Source of the DNA: a phage
Sequence record: PZ154897.1
Direction: 5' to 3' (one strand)
DNA: 64,000 nt
The notes below the pieces were generated by a model that saw nothing but the letters and a program-made list of their open reading frames with translations, had not been told where the DNA came from and did not search any database. This document shows, piece after piece, positions 59,015 through 64,000 of this stretch (within the stretch, counting starts at the first letter, position 1; each line of letters starts with the position of its first letter). The position numbers and the translations under genes are program-made.

Positions 59015-59941
59015 TTAAGATTTAAGTAAATCAACAATTTTAATTAACTTTTCACGCTCAGATTTAGCTTTACTACTCAGTCCAGATAGTCTGAAAATTT
59101 CATCGTCATATTGTTGAATAGAAATATTCAGCTCTTCAATCTGCTTATTAAAATAATCAATTTGTTCAGAATGTTTTTCGTTACTACGAACTGGTACAGG
59201 TTTTGTAGGCAATTTAGTTGAACTGGATTCATCCGGGCGATAAATTAAAATACAACTTGAACCAATAGGGCATTTAGCACCAGATGAATATTCTAGTGTT
59301 CCAGCTTCTTTTAAAACTTCAAAAGCTAAACAGAGATGATGACCCATATTGACATAATCTGTAGAGCGAGCTCTGATGTAATAATCATCTCCGCGAATAC
59401 TAAATTTAAAGCATTTAAGGTCTTCTGTATTATTGGTCTTAAAAATCATTTGTTTATCTAGACCTTTAGCTAATCGAGCGCCCAATGCTAATAATCGTCG
59501 TTGATTTTCCCACAAATCCGCAATCATTTGATCGAATGATAATTTTGGCATTAGTCGACCATAAAGGTCATATCCTTTATTATAATTACGAAGGATTTCG
59601 CTCGCATTAATACGAGACAACGCTCCAATTTTATTAAGGGCTTTCATAATGCGATTAGATAAACTCATTCCAGACCCGGTTGTTCGCTGCAAATGTTTTT
59701 CTAATCCAAATCCAATATCAACTTTAAACTTATCTAAAATTTCTGCATGAACATCTTTGTCGATAACATTCAAATCCAAAGTTGGGTTAAATCTATGAAA
59801 AAATTTATCTGGCTCTCCACGGCGAAGTACAGTCCATTCATTCATCATTTTTTTATTAACTAATGATTTAATTACTGCATTGACATTATTAATTACTACT
59901 GACATATTTTCCTCACTCAATTTCAATTTTACTAAATACAC
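59015..59941 (-). CDS. hypothetical protein with C-terminal coiled coil (paralog family member)
   Basis: 308-aa ORF; LWENQRRLLALGARLAKG motif. Confidence 0.55.
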   Translation of the reverse strand: MYLVKLKLSEENMSVVINNVNAVIKSLVNKKMMNEWTVLRRGEPDKFFHRFNPTLDLNVIDKDVHAEILDKFKVDIGFGLEKHLQRTTGSGMSLSNRIMKALNKIGALSRINASEILRNYNKGYDLYGRLMPKLSFDQMIADLWENQRRLLALGARLAKGLDKQMIFKTNNTEDLKCFKFSIRGDDYYIRARSTDYVNMGHHLCLAFEVLKEAGTLEYSSGAKCPIGSSCILIYRPDESSSTKLPTKPVPVRSNEKHSEQIDYFNKQIEELNISIQQYDDEIFRLSGLSSKAKSEREKLIKIVDLLKS

Positions 59942-60320
59942 AGAATATGATTGAACAGACTACATAAGCGCCACACACGGATTGAACTAATACCATCCCA
60001 AAGAACCAAACAATATTATCAAACAGTGTCTGTTTTACGTCGAAAGGACGTAAACTTACAGTAATATTATCACCCTTTTCTATTGAAGAATACATCTCTG
60101 GGGAAATATATTCACTAAATCTATAACCGTCTTTGAGTTCATATACGGCAATAAACGATAAACTAGACCCCTTTCCTTGTGTTCCTGTAATGGTATTAAC
60201 TACAGTAACATCATAATCTTTATAATGCATATAATCATTAATTGCGTAATAACCGTATGCAACTACTACACATAAACAACATATCAATAAATTCAATCTT
60301 TTAATTATCAACTGTTTCAT
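59913..60320 (-). CDS. membrane protein (135 aa)
   Basis: hydrophobic segments at both termini. Confidence 0.5.
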   Translation of the reverse strand: MKQLIIKRLNLLICCLCVVVAYGYYAINDYMHYKDYDVTVVNTITGTQGKGSSLSFIAVYELKDGYRFSEYISPEMYSSIEKGDNITVSLRPFDVKQTLFDNIVWFFGMVLVQSVCGAYVVCSIIFCVFSKIEIE

Positions 60321-60375
60321 AATAATCTCAATTAAAAGGGCTTAGAACCATTATACCATCCTTGGTATAAAGCGG

Positions 60376-60903
60376 TTATGCGAGTACCGTCTTTAACCGT
60401 TCTTCAAACTTCCGAAGAGTATTTTGGCGTTCAGCTCTTTGCTTTTTGTAAGTTTCAATACGCTCTGAAATGAGAGTGTATCGTTCATTTACTGATTCTT
60501 TCATAAAATCAGGAATTTCACGAGAAGCTTTAATCTCATCAAATTTATCAATAACAGCTTGCTCTTCAGCAATTAAGTTATCATACATTAAAATATCTTT
60601 CTTGATGAACTCAATATCTTCTTGAGTTACACGAGATAATTTAGATGCTTTATCCTTTTTGTACTGTTCGTTAGTATCACGAGACCAGTGTAATGTACGA
60701 TTTTTATTCGTATTCTTGTAAATTTCTACAATACCAATCTCATCAATAATAACGATCCAATTCCAACGGGATTTGTAAATTTGTCCTCCATCAACAGTGA
60801 TTTCACCTCCGATTGAGATGTCGTTAAAGAACTTACTCTGTACTTCAGATTTAAATTTACCATCGTTGTAATTTACTAAGTTGAAAATATCTTTAGCGTT
60901 CAT
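60376..60903 (-). CDS. hypothetical protein (175 aa) with C-terminal coiled coil
   Basis: ORF with GGAGG SD and early promoter cassette upstream. Confidence 0.55.
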   Translation of the reverse strand: MNAKDIFNLVNYNDGKFKSEVQSKFFNDISIGGEITVDGGQIYKSRWNWIVIIDEIGIVEIYKNTNKNRTLHWSRDTNEQYKKDKASKLSRVTQEDIEFIKKDILMYDNLIAEEQAVIDKFDEIKASREIPDFMKESVNERYTLISERIETYKKQRAERQNTLRKFEERLKTVLA

Positions 60904-60927
60904 TTTCTGTTCCTCCGTAGTTGATAG

Positions 60928-60962
60928 TTGTATAGTACCACAGAGGAACAGTCTTGTAAACC
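60928..60962 (-). promoter_or_regulatory. T4-type early promoter (GTTTAC -35 / TACTAT -10) with 9-bp inverted repeat
   Basis: minus strand GTTTACaagactgttcctctgtggTACTATA; 5' UTR near-identical to that at 5537-5598. Confidence 0.65.
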
Positions 60963-60963
60963 A

Positions 60964-61278
60964 CTAAAAGAAACTTCTTTCACAATTTTTTCCACTGAAC
61001 CATGCACTCACTGCTTTCTTAGTCTCAGGAGCAGTGTTATCCATAAACCATTCAAAGGCAGCCTTTTTATGATTCTGGAGGGCTTCTCGGGCTTTAATCT
61101 GCTCACGGTCTATTAACACTAACATATGAGCCTTTCTTGTCACCATGGGCTTCTTATGATTTTTTGAATACTCCCAGTCATTTGTCCATCGCATTGTCGT
61201 TGCGAATTGAAATACAGCTTCTTTAATCTTAGTTTCGTAAATTTCACGAGCCTTTGAGTATAACATCACTACCTCCAT
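60964..61278 (-). CDS. hypothetical protein (104 aa)
   Basis: ORF. Confidence 0.5.
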   Translation of the reverse strand: MEVVMLYSKAREIYETKIKEAVFQFATTMRWTNDWEYSKNHKKPMVTRKAHMLVLIDREQIKAREALQNHKKAAFEWFMDNTAPETKKAVSAWFSGKNCERSFF

Positions 61279-61367
61279 TCACCAGTTTAATTCTAGTCAT
61301 CTTTTTAATGGCAGTCCATATAATCTATTTCTGAACTGCCTTTTTGTCATAGAAGTCCTCTTATGAA

Positions 61368-62336
61368 TTATTTCAGAAGAGTAACCTCAGCAATTTCTTC
61401 CCAACCGTTTTTGTCGGTCATAATAAAGTCAGCAAGATAAAGAGCAGTACGCAGTGAAACATTGCGTAAACGGTTAACATTAACTTTCATCCATGATAAT
61501 GCTTTATAAGTTTCTTCATCAGAAAGACCGCGCTTTTGCATCATGTCAGTTGAAAGAATAACATCTTCAACCCTGACCATAATTTCTTCATTAGTGTGAA
61601 CACCCAAATCTAAATAAACCGAGCGGGACACTAATGCTTGTAAGTGTGGAGCAAGTTTAGTACCACGGTCTAATTCGCGGTCAATGTCAACGTTTGTGAT
61701 AAAAACAATCGTTCCTTTAAATTCAAACTCACGCTCAATGCCTTTTTCTTCTAAGTAAGAAGATGCAGTGCTCCAGCAGACTTTACGGGTTTCTCCGGTG
61801 TCCAGAGCGGCTTTTAGAAGATTAAGAATGTCCATATCAGAGAAAACATCCACATCATCAATCAAAAGGACAGAATTCTCTTCACGATTATTCCAAAGCT
61901 GCTCATAAAGACCAATACCAGAGATTTTACCATTAATGCTTTTATATTCAATGTATCCAATATCATTTGCTTTATTTAAAGCTTTATCTAAAGAATACGT
62001 TTTACCAATACCTGCTGCGCCAGAGATAATTAATGAACGAATATTTCCATTAATAATACCATTCGTCATCATTCCCATAACATTAAATCTTTTATTAATG
62101 CGGGTTTTCATATCTTCATATGATTCTTTAACTTCTTCAACTTTTACACCATCATATGAAATATCTGATTTGTAAACCCAAACACCGCGACGTTTACCGT
62201 CAATTTCAACAAAAACTTTACCATCTCCTTGTGCATCTACCGGAGCATTATCTGGGAACCATTCGCCTAAGAGCTCAAAAGTTCCAGAGATTTCTTTACC
62301 GAAGTAGATACCCTTATTGATAGTTACAGTTTTCAT
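61368..62336 (-). CDS. P-loop NTPase (Walker A and B)
   Basis: 322 codons from ATG with GGAGA SD; GAAGIGKT Walker A, VLLIDDVD Walker B. Confidence 0.65.
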   Translation of the reverse strand: MKTVTINKGIYFGKEISGTFELLGEWFPDNAPVDAQGDGKVFVEIDGKRRGVWVYKSDISYDGVKVEEVKESYEDMKTRINKRFNVMGMMTNGIINGNIRSLIISGAAGIGKTYSLDKALNKANDIGYIEYKSINGKISGIGLYEQLWNNREENSVLLIDDVDVFSDMDILNLLKAALDTGETRKVCWSTASSYLEEKGIEREFEFKGTIVFITNVDIDRELDRGTKLAPHLQALVSRSVYLDLGVHTNEEIMVRVEDVILSTDMMQKRGLSDEETYKALSWMKVNVNRLRNVSLRTALYLADFIMTDKNGWEEIAEVTLLK

Positions 62337-62350
62337 TTTATTCTCCAAAT

Positions 62351-62380
62351 CCGTATCAGTTGATAGTTGTATAGTACCAT
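62351..62380 (-). promoter_or_regulatory. conserved -10/leader module preceded by a short hairpin instead of a -35 box
   Basis: ccgtatcagttgatagttgtatagtaccat; same module as at 2461 and 32432. Confidence 0.4.
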
Positions 62381-62398
62381 AAGCCCGAAGGCTCCCTA

Positions 62399-63412
62399 TC
62401 ATTTATAATAACTTCGATGGTTTTCAAGATAGACCTTCTCAAGGAAGTCATCCCAGAAACTCATGTCTACTGTTTTAGGCATACCGTTCTTAGAAGCTTC
62501 AGTAGATGCTGCTTCTACTTGATCGACCACATCTTCCAAAAACTCTTGAACGGTTTTAAATGGATGTTTACCCAACTTCACGTCGAGAATAAATGGAGCG
62601 TCTTGAAGTGGATAAACCAAGTCACCAGTTTTGTAAATTTCCAATAGTTGAAGTCCACCACGACAAGCATGGCTCAGAGCTTTCCAGTCGATGCCTTCAT
62701 TGGCTTCGGCCTTACGAGCGCGTTCACCATATTCAGCATTTAATTTGTTCAGTGACTGCTTAAGCTCAATAAGAGAAAGCGTTGTCTGATATTTACGACC
62801 CAATACAGTATAGAACGTTTGTGGGCCTGTTTTCTCATGATCATGGAACACCCATTCACAGAATTCGTTTTTTGGAAGACGATGCTTAATATCTTCAACT
62901 TTAGTACGACGCTGCTTAATGGAACCGTCTTCTTGGTAATCAACCCATTGCTCAGGGATTTGATTAACTACTTTCAATACATCACGTAATGCAGCCAAAC
63001 GAGAACCCTTGACACCGTATTTAGAAGCTTGCTTACGGACATATCCTAAATAGGATTTCATGTTAGTCGTATAAAAACGAGAACGGTTGTCTTGAATAAA
63101 CTTCCACACATCAGGCAAATCAGATTTAACCACTAGTTCAGGTGGAGTGTGAAGCATATCCAATGCTACAGTTTCACCATCTGCTGCTAATTTAAAGAAA
63201 TACTTAAGACTATACAATTCGTGGTCAATATCATCTTTAGTGTTTTTAGATGATGTGTTGTTGGTGTTTTTACTCATGTGCTCTTTGACGTTTCCGATAA
63301 GAATATCACGAGCAGGAGGAACAAAAATTTCTTTAAAATCTACATCAGATTCTGGAGTAGAAGTTCCATAAAGATGACTACCAAAATAGCTTTTCATTAC
63401 TGTTTTCATCAT
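62399..63412 (-). CDS. Pol-beta-superfamily nucleotidyltransferase-like protein
   Basis: 337-aa ORF; N-terminal FGSHLYGTSTPESDVDF fits the GS-x10-DxD NTase signature, with a downstream acidic residue (ALDMLH). Confidence 0.55.
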   Translation of the reverse strand: MMKTVMKSYFGSHLYGTSTPESDVDFKEIFVPPARDILIGNVKEHMSKNTNNTSSKNTKDDIDHELYSLKYFFKLAADGETVALDMLHTPPELVVKSDLPDVWKFIQDNRSRFYTTNMKSYLGYVRKQASKYGVKGSRLAALRDVLKVVNQIPEQWVDYQEDGSIKQRRTKVEDIKHRLPKNEFCEWVFHDHEKTGPQTFYTVLGRKYQTTLSLIELKQSLNKLNAEYGERARKAEANEGIDWKALSHACRGGLQLLEIYKTGDLVYPLQDAPFILDVKLGKHPFKTVQEFLEDVVDQVEAASTEASKNGMPKTVDMSFWDDFLEKVYLENHRSYYK

Positions 63413-63870
63413 TCAGCCTTATATTCAATAACAGGACATACTTTAGCTTTACGCGCTTTTAAAAATTCGACGATAATAGATTTCTTGGGTTGAATAGGTG
63501 GTAAACCTTTATACGCCCTATCAATATTTTCTACATGTAAAGCATAATCCTTTTTCCATTTATAATCTTTATATTTTTCATGCAGCTGTGCAGGAATAAC
63601 AAATGAACCAATAATAAGTAAAACAAGCAAAATGGCAAGTACAAATGCTGATGGAATAAGAGTCCATAAACTACCAAAAATAAGCCATTTCTGTATGATT
63701 TCTGCGCAGATGATAGTTAGACCTGCGAGTATAGTACATCCGAAAAAAGAAACGAAAAATGTAGGGATAACAATAGACCAAAAGTATGCACACAGTGTCT
63801 TAGGTCGTTTCCATTCATCATTAAACATTTTGAATAATTTATAGTGCCAAGAGCTTTCATTAATAATCAT
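63409..63870 (-). CDS. membrane protein (153 aa)
   Basis: several hydrophobic helices; AAGGA SD. Confidence 0.55.
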   Translation of the reverse strand: MIINESSWHYKLFKMFNDEWKRPKTLCAYFWSIVIPTFFVSFFGCTILAGLTIICAEIIQKWLIFGSLWTLIPSAFVLAILLVLLIIGSFVIPAQLHEKYKDYKWKKDYALHVENIDRAYKGLPPIQPKKSIIVEFLKARKAKVCPVIEYKAE

Positions 63871-63872
63871 AA

Positions 63873-64000
63873 TTATCCTTTCATTGAAGGTGTAACAGTT
63901 GTTAAATACTTAATCATAGCTTCAGCTTCTGATTTTGATAATGAAATTTCTCCATTGTTTTGACGAATAGAAATAAAATCCGGATGACGGTCACCACCAG
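63873..64000 (-). CDS. hypothetical protein, 3' part only (gene starts beyond window end)
   Basis: frame open from window edge to TAA at 63873-63875. Confidence 0.4.
   Translation of the reverse strand, partial: GGDRHPDFISIRQNNGEISLSKSEAEAMIKYLTTVTPSMKG

Overview
This 64-kb window is the early / replication-recombination arm of a T-even (T4-like) coliphage genome. Almost every gene is on the minus strand, packed end to end with frequent ATGA / TAATG stop-start overlaps. Gene identities rest on my recollection of T4 proteins, ORF lengths and synteny; no database search was possible. Recognisable genes in coordinate order: motA, 52, ac, stp, ndd, denB, rIIB, rIIA, 39, dexA, dda, srd, modA, modB, soc, 56, dam, 61, sp, dmd, 41, 40, uvsX, a DxD glycosyltransferase, 42, imm, 43, regA, 62, 44, 45, rpbA, 46, 47, a-gt, 55, nrdH-like, nrdG, nrdD, 49, nrdC, then a block of hypothetical genes. 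The phage is not T4 itself: gene 39 is one contiguous 605-codon ORF (no mobA, no gene 60 split), there is no segA or segF, nrdD has no intron, and a 282-aa glycosyltransferase sits where T4 has segA plus beta-gt. The accessory content is four free-standing homing endonuclease genes (two HNH around gene 46, two GIY-YIG around nrdD), strings of tiny hydrophobic peptide genes, and a distal block with a tandem coiled-coil-tailed paralog family and a nucleotidyltransferase / P-loop ATPase pair. Non-coding structure includes repeated early-promoter / leader cassettes (GTTTAC -35, 17-18 bp, TAnnnT -10) and many UUCG-tetraloop hairpins on the transcribed strand. No tRNA, rRNA, CRISPR array or integrase was seen. 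The ORF track uses GTG/TTG starts in places, so several starts were moved to the first in-frame ATG with a Shine-Dalgarno; hand-derived small-ORF, promoter and hairpin coordinates may be off by 1-2 nt.
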